A stretch of DNA of 32,000 bases. Origin: Candidatus Lokiarchaeum ossiferum (GTDB taxonomy: Archaea > Asgardarchaeota > Lokiarchaeia > Sigyniarchaeales > Promethearchaeaceae). This document shows positions 1-8,805 of this stretch, in pieces. A program made the translations under genes and the position numbers. The notes below the pieces were generated by a model. It worked only from the letters and a program-made list of their open reading frames with translations, was not told where the DNA came from and ran no database searches. The number at the start of each line of letters is the position of its first letter. Position 1 is the stretch's first letter. The stretch is from NCBI GenBank assembly GCA_025839675.1, contig CP104013.1, forward strand, positions 5,250,001 to 5,282,000, in the 5' to 3' direction.

Positions 1-434
1 GGGATTTCATCTATAAATACCCTTACTTGGTTATAAATATCCTGTTTAGACACAAATAATACTTTTATCGAACTATCTTCAATAATATACTTCCATGTTT
101 GCAATAATTCTTTCTCATACATTGGAATCCATCGACAATTTAATCCATAAGTTGCAAAAGCACATATTGCCCATTCTGCTCGATTATCTGCAATAATACC
201 GATAGAATCATCTTTCTTCAGAATTTCTAAATTGGCAAGTCCACCTCGCAAATTATCAACTCGTGAAGCTAACTCTTCATATGTGACCCACTGAAAATCT
301 CCATTCTCATCTTTTTCGCCAATACATAAATTTTTTGGATATTTTTTTACTGTATTTTCGAATAAATCTACCAAATTTGTAGGATCGTCATATCTTATGA
401 TTAATTTATTAGTACCGTATTCTTCCCTCGTCAT
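1..434 (-). CDS. AMP-dependent acyl-CoA synthetase/ligase (long-chain fatty-acid-CoA ligase-like). Only the N-terminal 144 codons are present; the rest lies beyond the window start
   Basis: Absent from the supplied track because it has no stop in the window. Manual minus-strand translation from the ATG (complement of 432-434) gives MTREEYGTNKLIIRYDDPTNLVDLFENTVKKYPKNLCIGEKDENGDFQWVTYEELASRVDNLRGGLANLEILKKDDSIGIIADNRAEWAICAFATYGLNCRWIPMYEKELLQTWKYIIEDSSIKVLFVSKQDIY and stays open to position 1. The pattern (W..TY.E....V..L..GL......D.IGI.A.NR.EW.....A....G....P.Y) is typical of the N-terminal subdomain of ANL-superfamily acyl-CoA ligases. Confidence 0.75.
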   Translation of the reverse strand, partial: MTREEYGTNKLIIRYDDPTNLVDLFENTVKKYPKNLCIGEKDENGDFQWVTYEELASRVDNLRGGLANLEILKKDDSIGIIADNRAEWAICAFATYGLNCRWIPMYEKELLQTWKYIIEDSSIKVLFVSKQDIYNQVRVFIDEI

Positions 435-632
435 TTTTTTCACTTTAGATTATTAATTGACTAATTTTGAATTATTCAAAATTTTAAATCTACATAGTAT
501 TTTTTTCATGGCATTTTTAATAGTTTCCTTATGATTCTTTCCGAAAAAAGGAGGGAAAAATTTTCGTTGAATTTACATCCAATCAAATATGAAGTTAAAA
601 ATTTTTTTTTTTCAAGAAAAATATATGCCATC

Positions 633-1640
633 TTAAGTGAAAAAAAGAATTATGCCATAAAATGTTGCGGAAAATAAAGCCGCAATAGGGAAAGTAACTA
701 TCCAGCTATTAACCATCCTTTTAAAAGACCTCTTGTCTGGATGTTCACCTTTCATTCTTGCTGATCCGATTAATGCAAAAATAAGGATATGTCCTCCAGA
801 AACTGGGAGACCTAAAAGTGTTGCAGCTAGAATAATAATTGCCGTTGCAGCTTCAACTGCTAAAGCTTCACTGGGTCTTAATTGCCCTGCTGTCGTTCCA
901 ACATTTTTTATCAGGTTTCTTCCTATTAACATTAACCCTAGTGCAAAAGCGCAACCCGCAACTATAATAAGAATATTCATTTGGGAAACATCAATTTTAC
1001 TTGATCTCACAAGTCCATAGAAAATACCTATGGCATTACCGGAATCATTTCCTCCGCGACTAAATTGATTAATACAAGCAAATAATATGATTAAATAACG
1101 AAAAATCGTTTCGTTTTTTTCAACTTGAAGCAAACTATCATTTCGATTTTTCATTATTCTATTAATTATAAATTGTCCCATCATTGCTCCTAAAAAACCT
1201 AATAATGGAGAAAGTACCCATCCTATGGTTATTTTCCCCATATTTATCCAATTTATACTACTGAAGTAGTTTTTTTTTTCAGCAATTGCCCAAATAAAGC
1301 TTATTCCGAAAACCGAACCCACGACTGAGTGAGTTGTTGAAATTGGAACACTTGTTTTGGAAGCAATGAGTAACCAAAAAGATGTTCCTGCTAAAATTGC
1401 AAAAATCATATTGGAATTGTAATCGACATCTTCCCCCAATAAATCCGCTCCAATCGTTTCCCCGACCTTTGAAGAAAGAAAAATTACTCCTAAAAATGAT
1501 AAAATTCCCCCCAAAATAATTGCAAATTTTAAGGTTAATGAACCACTACCATACACTGTCGCCATACTCTCATCTTGCGCGCCTATTCCGAAGGTAAGAA
1601 TAATTGCGAAGATAATTAAACAATATGTTAACCAATCCAC
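633..1640 (-). CDS. pit: PiT-family inorganic phosphate transporter
   Basis: 335-aa polytopic hydrophobic ORF with a GTG start. It has two PHO4/PiT-type signature segments: GAQDESMATVYGSG near the N-terminus and GGNDSGNAIGIFYG in the second half. It sits 23 nt downstream of a DUF47/PhoU-like gene on the same strand, the usual pit-accessory pairing. Confidence 0.85.
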   Translation of the reverse strand: MDWLTYCLIIFAIILTFGIGAQDESMATVYGSGSLTLKFAIILGGILSFLGVIFLSSKVGETIGADLLGEDVDYNSNMIFAILAGTSFWLLIASKTSVPISTTHSVVGSVFGISFIWAIAEKKNYFSSINWINMGKITIGWVLSPLLGFLGAMMGQFIINRIMKNRNDSLLQVEKNETIFRYLIILFACINQFSRGGNDSGNAIGIFYGLVRSSKIDVSQMNILIIVAGCAFALGLMLIGRNLIKNVGTTAGQLRPSEALAVEAATAIIILAATLLGLPVSGGHILIFALIGSARMKGEHPDKRSFKRMVNSWIVTFPIAALFSATFYGIILFFT

Positions 1641-1663
1641 TTCTTTTTATCTCCTACAATTTT

Positions 1664-2305
1664 TCAAAGTTGATATTTGACAATAAGTCGATGGATTCCA
1701 TCTGCAAAAGTATTGGCTGTATCAATAGTTTTCATAATATTATGAATCAAACGATCGAAATACATAAAATTTCGAGTCCCTAAATTTAAATCATACAAAA
1801 TTTTTAACACATATAGATCATCGCGTTTTGCTTCTCTACGATTTTTTTCGATCAAATTTAGATAATTCGAAGCTTCATTAAAGTCAGTAAAAACGGCTTT
1901 GATGGCTTTTTTTAATAAAGTGCCAATTATTTTTCCCTTTTCACATATAGAAATTAATCGGGGGATTAATTTCGGAGGAACTAACGTTGGAAAATAGATT
2001 GTACCTCTTCGGACAACATCTTCTGCTTTATCAACAACTTCATCCATTTGGCTAATTAAAAATAATCTATCTTCTCTCGAAAATACTAAGGATTCGCGTG
2101 AAAAAAGGCGATCAATAATTTGATCATGAATTTGATCCGACTTTTTTTCTGCTAAGATAGTATCTTGTGCATAAGATTCCATTTGTGACGCGTTTCCCTC
2201 ACATAATGCCACGATTGTCTTATACATTGATTCTAATGCAAATTCTATTTTATCTGCACCATCATAATATAAATCTTGTAATTTCTTCTTTTTCGCTTTT
2301 ACCAT
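1664..2305 (-). CDS. DUF47/PhoU-like putative phosphate transport regulator (Pit accessory protein)
   Basis: 213-aa soluble ORF of helical-looking composition, directly upstream of and co-oriented with the PiT gene. Length and synteny match the COG1392/PhoU_div family usually co-encoded with PiT. The call rests mainly on synteny and size. Confidence 0.6.
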   Translation of the reverse strand: MVKAKKKKLQDLYYDGADKIEFALESMYKTIVALCEGNASQMESYAQDTILAEKKSDQIHDQIIDRLFSRESLVFSREDRLFLISQMDEVVDKAEDVVRRGTIYFPTLVPPKLIPRLISICEKGKIIGTLLKKAIKAVFTDFNEASNYLNLIEKNRREAKRDDLYVLKILYDLNLGTRNFMYFDRLIHNIMKTIDTANTFADGIHRLIVKYQL

Positions 2306-2393
2306 TAACTATTGATCAAAAAAAAAATATTACTTAAATAAATTTGTGAAAGTATAGTAGTGGTTTTTACATGAAAAATGAAGAAATATGTAA

Positions 2394-3512
2394 TCATGTT
2401 TTATGGTTCAATTTTTTTTTGGGAAGCTTGGCTGGGTTTTTTAAATTTCCGCGAATATCGAAAGCCTCTGCGTATGGTTCAAATTCTTCACTAATGGCAC
2501 AACATGCTCCGAAATAAGTGATTAGAAATTCTTCGGATCTGGCCCATTTTAATGTGGCTTGACTTGGAATCTCCATTCTTGATGCTCCGGCTTGAATCGC
2601 CCATCGCTCTAATTCTTTACTCCATTTGCCCTTTGGTCGCATACAGCCTAACGAAAATGAACTCTGGGGCAAAAAAATCTTAGCAATAAAAATAATTCGT
2701 GAAATTTCACTTGGGGTTAATAAATGAAATCGTGAGTCCATAATCCCCTCTTTCCTTGGAGGAATCATGGCGATAAATACGAGTAATTTTGGATTATTTG
2801 CCGCGAGTAATTTCAAAACATCTAATTCTCTTGCAATCTTGCCAAATCGGGCACCTATTAAAATATGGGGCGTAACTCGAAGATTGGCGGTTAATAAAGC
2901 ATTATAACTCGAAATATAATCTTCCACAGTATTTTGTAAATGAAAAAGTTCAGAAATCGATTTTTGATCTAAAATCATATCAAAAGAAACATTGTCAATT
3001 CCACATTCCTTCAAAGCAAAGGCTTCTGGTTGAGACACTAATCCCACATGAGAATTAAGATAGAATGGATTATTTTCTTTAAAATCCTTAAGAAGTGAAT
3101 CATATTTTAATATTGGCACTTTACCCGTTGAAGTGCATCCTCCTGAGATTAAAGCTCCAATGGCACCTTTTTCAACCTTTGAATTTAAATTCACAATTAA
3201 ATCTGATTCTGTACCTGCTTGTATCATACTTCCTAAATATTTTTTATCGCAATGCTCGCAATTTAGCTCACAATCTGTCCCTGTTACTGAAATTGCTGGA
3301 AAGTTTTTTCCTGGAGTATACGCCTTTAGAATTTTTTTCTCTTTTAGCTGGTTAAATCGATAGTTTCCAATCTTATTAAAAAATCCATCCCAGTCTAAAT
3401 CCGAAGGTTCCTTTAATAATTTTCGCGCATCTGCCCAAGTGAATGTTTGGTTAATATATTTTGAATAATATTGTTCGAGTATTCCTAATTCAGCCATTTT
3501 GTTAATCCTCAT
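2394..3512 (-). CDS. Radical SAM protein, biotin-synthase-like; candidate LipS1/LipS2-type lipoyl synthase subunit
   Basis: Contains the CxxxCxxC radical-SAM motif (CELNCEHC) and a Gly-rich segment (GALISGGC). Extra Cys residues (GCMRPKG, GACCAISEE) could hold an auxiliary cluster. It is the last gene of a co-oriented trio with lplA and a second radical-SAM gene. The second ATG at 3497 is preceded by GAGGA and may be the true start. Confidence 0.65.
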   Translation of the reverse strand: MRINKMAELGILEQYYSKYINQTFTWADARKLLKEPSDLDWDGFFNKIGNYRFNQLKEKKILKAYTPGKNFPAISVTGTDCELNCEHCDKKYLGSMIQAGTESDLIVNLNSKVEKGAIGALISGGCTSTGKVPILKYDSLLKDFKENNPFYLNSHVGLVSQPEAFALKECGIDNVSFDMILDQKSISELFHLQNTVEDYISSYNALLTANLRVTPHILIGARFGKIARELDVLKLLAANNPKLLVFIAMIPPRKEGIMDSRFHLLTPSEISRIIFIAKIFLPQSSFSLGCMRPKGKWSKELERWAIQAGASRMEIPSQATLKWARSEEFLITYFGACCAISEEFEPYAEAFDIRGNLKNPAKLPKKKLNHKT

Positions 3513-3534
3513 TGTTTATTTTATTGTTCATATT

Positions 3535-4389
3535 TCACAGATATTTTTCTAACCATTTTTTAGATGCGTACTTATTTTTTGCTAAATTTTCTGCTTCCAG
3601 GTTTTCTTTCTTAGTAAGGGGTTCTGTTTGAAATTCGATTCCAAAAATGTGTTGAAATCCCGCTTTAAGTTTATCAACAATTTCACGTTCGCTAAGATTA
3701 TTTATATCGGTATTATTCTCATTATTTTGACAGATTCCAATGACTTTGGATCTTACTGATTGAACCATTTTCGTATAAGTTACTCCCACGGGAGCCTTCA
3801 ATATTTGATACATAAATTCTGGTTCTACGGATAATAAAATTGTGCCATGTTGTAATAATGTTCCATTACGGATCGTTTGAGCATTCCCTGAGATCTTTTT
3901 TCCTTGAGTTAATAATGCTGGACAATGTATCTTTCCAACATCAATACTAACACCCATTTCTTCTAATCCTGATGCTAATGATTCTAAAATCACTTGATAC
4001 CGTAAAGGAATTGATGAATCATATTCTCGGGGTGAATTTTTTAATTCTGGGATATCTTTAAGTTTACAAATTACAGAATAAGTGATTTCTCCGGTTGAAT
4101 CATGTAAAACTGCGCCTCCACCAGTTATTCTTCGAACAATATCCACATTATTCTGTTTTGCAGAATTTAAATTAATTTCTGCATTCAAAGATTGGTGCAA
4201 ACCGATAGTAGCGGTGGAAGGATTCCACTTATAAAAGCGCAATAAATTTGGAGATTCTCCTTTAATAACACGTTCTAATAGCATTTCATCTATTGCCATG
4301 TTTTTTGGACCGTTATTTGTTTCGAAAGGAATATATCGCCATTTCTTCATTTCAATCATCTCAAATATCCAATAGGGAATCCAATTCAT
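3535..4389 (-). CDS. lplA: Lipoate-protein ligase, catalytic (LplA N-terminal) domain only
   Basis: Carries RRITGGGAVLHD and GKKISGNAQ (catalytic-lysine motif) of the BPL/LplA/LipB catalytic fold, plus the terminal KYASKKW motif. At 284 aa it has no LplA C-terminal/LplB accessory domain. The annotated start overlaps the upstream ORF by 29 nt, so internal ATGs at 4359 or 4350 are more plausible starts. Confidence 0.85.
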   Translation of the reverse strand: MNWIPYWIFEMIEMKKWRYIPFETNNGPKNMAIDEMLLERVIKGESPNLLRFYKWNPSTATIGLHQSLNAEINLNSAKQNNVDIVRRITGGGAVLHDSTGEITYSVICKLKDIPELKNSPREYDSSIPLRYQVILESLASGLEEMGVSIDVGKIHCPALLTQGKKISGNAQTIRNGTLLQHGTILLSVEPEFMYQILKAPVGVTYTKMVQSVRSKVIGICQNNENNTDINNLSEREIVDKLKAGFQHIFGIEFQTEPLTKKENLEAENLAKNKYASKKWLEKYL

Positions 4390-5392
4390 TATAAATGAGT
4401 AAACATTCTTGGGTTGTTAAATCTCTCGGGTACCCATCTTGTTCTTCTCCTGGTCTGGATGTATAATATGGTCGATTACAATCAGGACATCCTGCTGTTT
4501 TAAAAGCTGTATTTAGTTGAATGATGTGAGTTAATTCATCTTTGGTTAGGGACTTAATTTTTGAGAGTCTTCCATCATTTGAAAATCTAAATCGGTCATA
4601 ATTATCTATATTGTTTAAAAGAAGATATCTGCATAATTGAATATGCCTGAAATGAGTCATTAAGGGTCGAGGGGCATTTTCCATGGGTGTTCCTTTGACG
4701 GGTGTAAATAGAAAAATACCAGGTAAAATGTCTTTTTCTACAACATTCTTAATACTTTGGATCATATCTTGCTCCGTTTCTCCTAAACCCACAATAAAAT
4801 GAGTCGTTGCATTTCCAAGACCAAAGATTTTCAAAGAACTGCTTAAAGCTTCCCAGTGTTTCTTCCATGAATAGGGTCCATGTATGTTTTTTCCTTTAAT
4901 ATCATCAAAAAGTTCTTCATAACATGCATCCAATGCAATTCCGATCCTTTCAAGGCCCGAATCTTTAAGTTCTTTTAACTTTATCGGAGGAACTGGGGGG
5001 ATTGCTGCAGAAATGGCTAAAGTGGGAAAGTGCATATGGATTATTTTTACGATAGATCGTACATCATCATAAAATCCTTTATAATTTAACACTTGAATGC
5101 AAATCCTTCTAAATTTGTTATCGCTTTCATGACTTTGATTAACTTTCAATTGTTGGATAAAATCCTCCCAATTAAAATCTGGCCATTGAATGCGTGATAA
5201 TTGTTCAGTACTTTGTAATGTGGGAGTGTGACCTTGAGGACAAAAACTACATTTACCGATACAATATTCTTCAGTATATGTCATCAAGTAGCAGGTTGTC
5301 GGTGGTGTGTCCATTTTTAGCCTTTTTAATCCTAAAACTGCGGCACTTCCAGTAGAAACTCGTATTTTTTCTGGTTGTTTGGAATTTAGCAT
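4361..5392 (-). CDS. Radical SAM protein; candidate LipS1/LipS2-type lipoyl synthase subunit
   Basis: Contains the CxxxCxxC motif (CIGKCSFC). Further Cys clusters (TTCYLMTYTEEYC upstream, AGCPDCNRPYY near the C-terminus) could bind a second Fe-S cluster. It is the first gene of the radical SAM-lplA-radical SAM trio, and its stop abuts or overlaps the lplA start. Confidence 0.65.
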   Translation of the reverse strand: MLNSKQPEKIRVSTGSAAVLGLKRLKMDTPPTTCYLMTYTEEYCIGKCSFCPQGHTPTLQSTEQLSRIQWPDFNWEDFIQQLKVNQSHESDNKFRRICIQVLNYKGFYDDVRSIVKIIHMHFPTLAISAAIPPVPPIKLKELKDSGLERIGIALDACYEELFDDIKGKNIHGPYSWKKHWEALSSSLKIFGLGNATTHFIVGLGETEQDMIQSIKNVVEKDILPGIFLFTPVKGTPMENAPRPLMTHFRHIQLCRYLLLNNIDNYDRFRFSNDGRLSKIKSLTKDELTHIIQLNTAFKTAGCPDCNRPYYTSRPGEEQDGYPRDLTTQECLLIYNELDSLLDI

Positions 5393-5495
5393 TTAAAAAT
5401 CTCGAATATGGATGAATAAATTTATATCTTTCTTAATGCAAAATATTATATCAAAGAATTGGGTTTTGAATTATAAGCTATAATAGGAGATAAAT

Positions 5496-5939
5496 ATGGA
5501 AAAATTAACACTTTCGAATGGAGCCAAACTAAAATTAGATCCCAACAATCATGAACAAGCTTACAATGATTTTATTGATCTCTTCTTTAAACCGGGTTAT
5601 ATAAAGTCAAATGATATCACAAAAACAATTAGTGCGAGTATTAAAGAAGTTGAACGCATTTCATCCATATTTAACTTGTCCAAAGGAGAAGTTATAACCT
5701 CTTTATTGCAAACCATTGAGCGGAGACTTCCCAAAGATATTGCTGAATTGACAGGGGAAGTTGATAAAATCGAAATTTTGTTCGAAAATATGGATGATTA
5801 TCAGATGCAAATTCTTGATTTAATAAAAGAGAATAATTCACCAGAGAAAATCCGATTGGAAGTATCTCAATTAGTTGAAAATCTGAACCTTTTTGAAATT
5901 TCAGAATTGCTTATTCATTTAGCAAAAAAAATAAAATAG
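5496..5939 (+). CDS. Hypothetical small acidic protein of helical-looking composition
   Basis: 147-aa ORF with a GGAG Shine-Dalgarno-like element (taggagataaat) just upstream of the ATG. I recognise no family motif. Confidence 0.5.
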   Translation: MEKLTLSNGAKLKLDPNNHEQAYNDFIDLFFKPGYIKSNDITKTISASIKEVERISSIFNLSKGEVITSLLQTIERRLPKDIAELTGEVDKIEILFENMDDYQMQILDLIKENNSPEKIRLEVSQLVENLNLFEISELLIHLAKKIK

Positions 5940-5962
5940 ATTATCCAAATCTAATTAATTTG

Positions 5963-7354
5963 CTATATCATTTTCTTTTTCTTTTCTTCTGAACTTAAAT
6001 CTAATTCTGCCAAAGCTTGTAGCATTGCATCTTCTTCAATATTAAGATCTGAATCATCATACTCGCTTGAAATTTCATTAAAATCAGGGCTTCCATCATC
6101 TTTGATTTTAAGTTCAGTAGTAAATGCATCAAATGTGGCGGGTTCAGATTTTTGGATTATTTTTTGTTCCGTAACATAAATCTCATTTGCTTCACTGTCA
6201 AATTCTTCGGTTTTCGGGGCAAGAGAGCCTATTTCAAAAGAAACATAATCTTCAAGAGCTACTGGTGGAACTTCTCCCTCATAAATCACAATTCCGTAAG
6301 GTAAATCTTTTTTCTTTTCTTTTGATTTCGCTGAAGTGCTCGGAGTTGCAACCATGTCTGCGATATCATCTAAGGCTGCTAAAATATCGTCCGGTAAACC
6401 TTCATTACTCTCCTCAACAGGTTTTATACTTTTTTCTTCTGTAGCGATTTCTGAGCTTTCAGGTTGTATAGTTGAAGTTGGATCCGAAGATAAGGAACTC
6501 TCGGATATCCCGTCTAGCGCTGCAAGAATATCGTCCAAGTTTTCTTCTTCTGTATAGCCTAATTTCGCAGAATCGGGTTTAGGGGGTTGCATATCTGAAG
6601 CCATTTTTGCAATATCACCCAATATATCATCTTCCGATTCTGAAAATTGGTTTTCAAGCATATTATTGTCATTAACTGTTTGAGCTTGTGATATTTGATC
6701 TTTGGTAATTGGAGTTGGTGCAAGATCATCCATATCAAACATCATATCTTGATCAATTCCAACGATATTATTTTCATTTGGACTCACTGCGACATCTTCA
6801 TCGCTCCAATCCTTAAGGAAATCTAAAACTCCTTCCATAGCGGCCATATCTTGGTTTGTGCTTTTGTCCATTTCAAAATTTTCAGATAAGTTTGCTTTTG
6901 CTTCTTGTTGAATTCTTTGATCTCGGTCCCTATTTGCTTCAATTTCTTTTTTAAGGGCATCGGTTACTTGATTTCCCGCTAAAATGAAGGCAAATTTATG
7001 GGCTGCATTTCGTAAATATTCCATATAAAAGCCAACACGTAATGGGTTTTCAATTCCTCCAAAAAGCATATATTCATTATTCACAAATTGTAATATAACA
7101 AAACCTGAATCGGATTTAACTAATATTTCACGCAAACTTCCGTTGTCGACTGAAGTGCACAATCTTTCTGCAAGATCAATCAATGCGGAGCTGCTGGCCG
7201 TTTCTGCATCAGCATCCATTTCATCACTCGTTGCTGTAGCGATTTTCATACCAATTCGACTTATAACTGCAACTCGTTTAAGATCCGTCCCACTTTCAAT
7301 TCTTTGGATTTCATTCATTAGTGCTTTTGCCGTTTCAGGTTCAACCATGGACAT
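5963..7354 (-). CDS. Roadblock/LC7 (MglB-like) domain protein with a long acidic, probably disordered C-terminal tail
   Basis: The N-terminal ~127 aa (6974-7354), LKRVAVISRIGMKIATATSDEMDADAETASSSALIDLAERL...LREILVKSDSGFVILQFVNNEYMLFGG, fit the Roadblock/LC7 pattern. The remaining ~335 aa are D/E/S-rich low complexity with repeated [DE]D.[IM]L..[LI] motifs. Confidence 0.7.
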   Translation of the reverse strand: MSMVEPETAKALMNEIQRIESGTDLKRVAVISRIGMKIATATSDEMDADAETASSSALIDLAERLCTSVDNGSLREILVKSDSGFVILQFVNNEYMLFGGIENPLRVGFYMEYLRNAAHKFAFILAGNQVTDALKKEIEANRDRDQRIQQEAKANLSENFEMDKSTNQDMAAMEGVLDFLKDWSDEDVAVSPNENNIVGIDQDMMFDMDDLAPTPITKDQISQAQTVNDNNMLENQFSESEDDILGDIAKMASDMQPPKPDSAKLGYTEEENLDDILAALDGISESSLSSDPTSTIQPESSEIATEEKSIKPVEESNEGLPDDILAALDDIADMVATPSTSAKSKEKKKDLPYGIVIYEGEVPPVALEDYVSFEIGSLAPKTEEFDSEANEIYVTEQKIIQKSEPATFDAFTTELKIKDDGSPDFNEISSEYDDSDLNIEEDAMLQALAELDLSSEEKKKKMI

Positions 7355-7511
7355 TGTGAATTCAACTCAGTAAATCTGATTCTATATATAAATAAGTTCT
7401 TGTTCTATCTATAAAACTTTACCTTGGCAAACAAGAAAAAATTTTGTTTACTTTCGGATTCCTCTCATTCTCGTCATTTAAATATAATCTTACAAAAGAA
7501 AATCGAGAACA

Positions 7512-8786
7512 ATGTTTAGAGAGAATAACTCATCTTATTTTGAAAAACGAAATGCCATTCCAAAAACATCCGACAAAATTAATTATGTTGGCAGTCGTGC
7601 GTTATTTGATCCCAATTTTGTACCAGATGTTTTTGTTGCTAGAGAGAATAAAACTCAGTTGTTAAAGGGAACGCTTTTGGATGCAGTTGAAGATAATTAT
7701 GCAACAAATGTAAACATGTATGGTTTGAAAGGAACAGGTAAAAATCTTTTTGTGAATCAGTTTTTCAAAAGTCTGATTAAAAATCAATTCAATCGTAGAA
7801 ATAGGAATATAGCTTGGATTGAACCATCTAAGAAATCTCCAAATTTTCTTATAATCAAAATAGATTGTGAGAAAAAGGAATTGGAACAAGTTTTCTTTGC
7901 GATTTTAGAGCAACTCGCTCGTGAAATACAATATTCTTTGAAAATTGATGAAATCATTCGTCTAAGTCCTGGAAAATTATGGAACTTAATCAAAATATTG
8001 ATCAATAAATTTTCCCTTCCCATTCTTTTATATCTGCAACAAATTGAGTATATAGACTCCCAAATTATTTCAAAATTCTTTGCTTTTGCTAAAAGCACTA
8101 AAAATTTGCAAATTATTACTTCCATTAATACTGGAATTCAAAAATATTCTTTCAAACAATATGAGGGATTACAACACCGTATACAAATGGACGATTACAA
8201 CACTTCGGAATTAAAAAAAATAACCCAAGATCGAAGTACTATGGCATTTCATAATTCTCTCGAAGTGGAGTCTATAAATATGATTGTTGATTATGTTTCT
8301 GATTTTGATCTGCAAGTTCCAGGATCCTGCATTAATTATTTGAAAGAAATTCATCCTTACATGCAAGGAAGGGGCCAAATTTTTTCAGATGATTTGCGAG
8401 GGATAAGTCAATATCATTTTGATAGTTTTCATTTAGATTCTTTGTCCTTGGCAGATTATATTGTTGATACTGGAATTGAAGAACGTCTATTTTTGGAGTA
8501 TATTGTAAATTATTTTCAGAAGAAAGATCAATATTACATTCCATTTTCTGAAATCAAAAATGCATACAAAATGACAAGTGAAGAATTAGGTTTTAAATCA
8601 GAATCAGATGAATTTTATTCCTATCTGCAAGGGATTACGAATATGCAAATCTTACGTCCAAGTCATGATCAAAAAATTCAATCTCCACAAAGATACAAGG
8701 GTATATACCCAATAGCACACTATCTCACAGTTCCACTTGAAGAAATCAATGATGTTTTGAGTTTTTCGTTCGGAATTATGGACTAA
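7512..8786 (+). CDS. Orc1/Cdc6-like AAA+ protein with degenerate Walker A and B motifs
   Basis: The motif order matches archaeal Orc1/Cdc6: N-terminal LFDPNFVPDVFVARENKTQLL; a P-loop-like YGLKGTGKN (7722-7745); IIKIDCEKK...VFFAILEQL; a Walker-B-position ILLYLQQIEYID (8022-8048); a sensor-1-like LQIITSINT; then RIQMDDYNTSELKKITQDRSTMAF. A C-terminal ~130 aa could be a winged-helix domain. Confidence 0.6.
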   Translation: MFRENNSSYFEKRNAIPKTSDKINYVGSRALFDPNFVPDVFVARENKTQLLKGTLLDAVEDNYATNVNMYGLKGTGKNLFVNQFFKSLIKNQFNRRNRNIAWIEPSKKSPNFLIIKIDCEKKELEQVFFAILEQLAREIQYSLKIDEIIRLSPGKLWNLIKILINKFSLPILLYLQQIEYIDSQIISKFFAFAKSTKNLQIITSINTGIQKYSFKQYEGLQHRIQMDDYNTSELKKITQDRSTMAFHNSLEVESINMIVDYVSDFDLQVPGSCINYLKEIHPYMQGRGQIFSDDLRGISQYHFDSFHLDSLSLADYIVDTGIEERLFLEYIVNYFQKKDQYYIPFSEIKNAYKMTSEELGFKSESDEFYSYLQGITNMQILRPSHDQKIQSPQRYKGIYPIAHYLTVPLEEINDVLSFSFGIMD

Positions 8787-8805
8787 ATTATGTTATCATT
8801 AATGA

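Noticed and set aside
733-1020. 95-aa plus-strand ORF inside the PiT gene. Similar antisense or off-frame ORFs occur at 3095-3355, 3133-3363, 6187-6444, 6336-6557, 7143-7373, 7662-7889, 7784-8125, 8332-8544 and 11100-11285.
   Set aside because: All lie entirely within, or largely overlap, longer ORFs that have clear family motifs. They have low-complexity or odd composition and no start context. They are shadow ORFs.
7355-7511. Replication origin next to the Orc1/Cdc6-like gene. Direct repeats ttctatatata (7380-7390) and ttctatctata (7403-7413) were noted.
   Set aside because: The spacer is only 157 bp. The repeats are TATA-like and are better explained as divergent promoter elements roughly 30 nt from each start codon. 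I saw no ORB-like inverted repeats, and the adjacent Orc1-like protein looks ATPase-dead.
7444-7665. 73-aa plus-strand ORF overlapping the start of the Orc1/Cdc6-like gene.
   Set aside because: It is in a different frame from the 424-aa ORF, which carries the recognisable Orc1/Cdc6 N-terminal motif. It has no features of its own.
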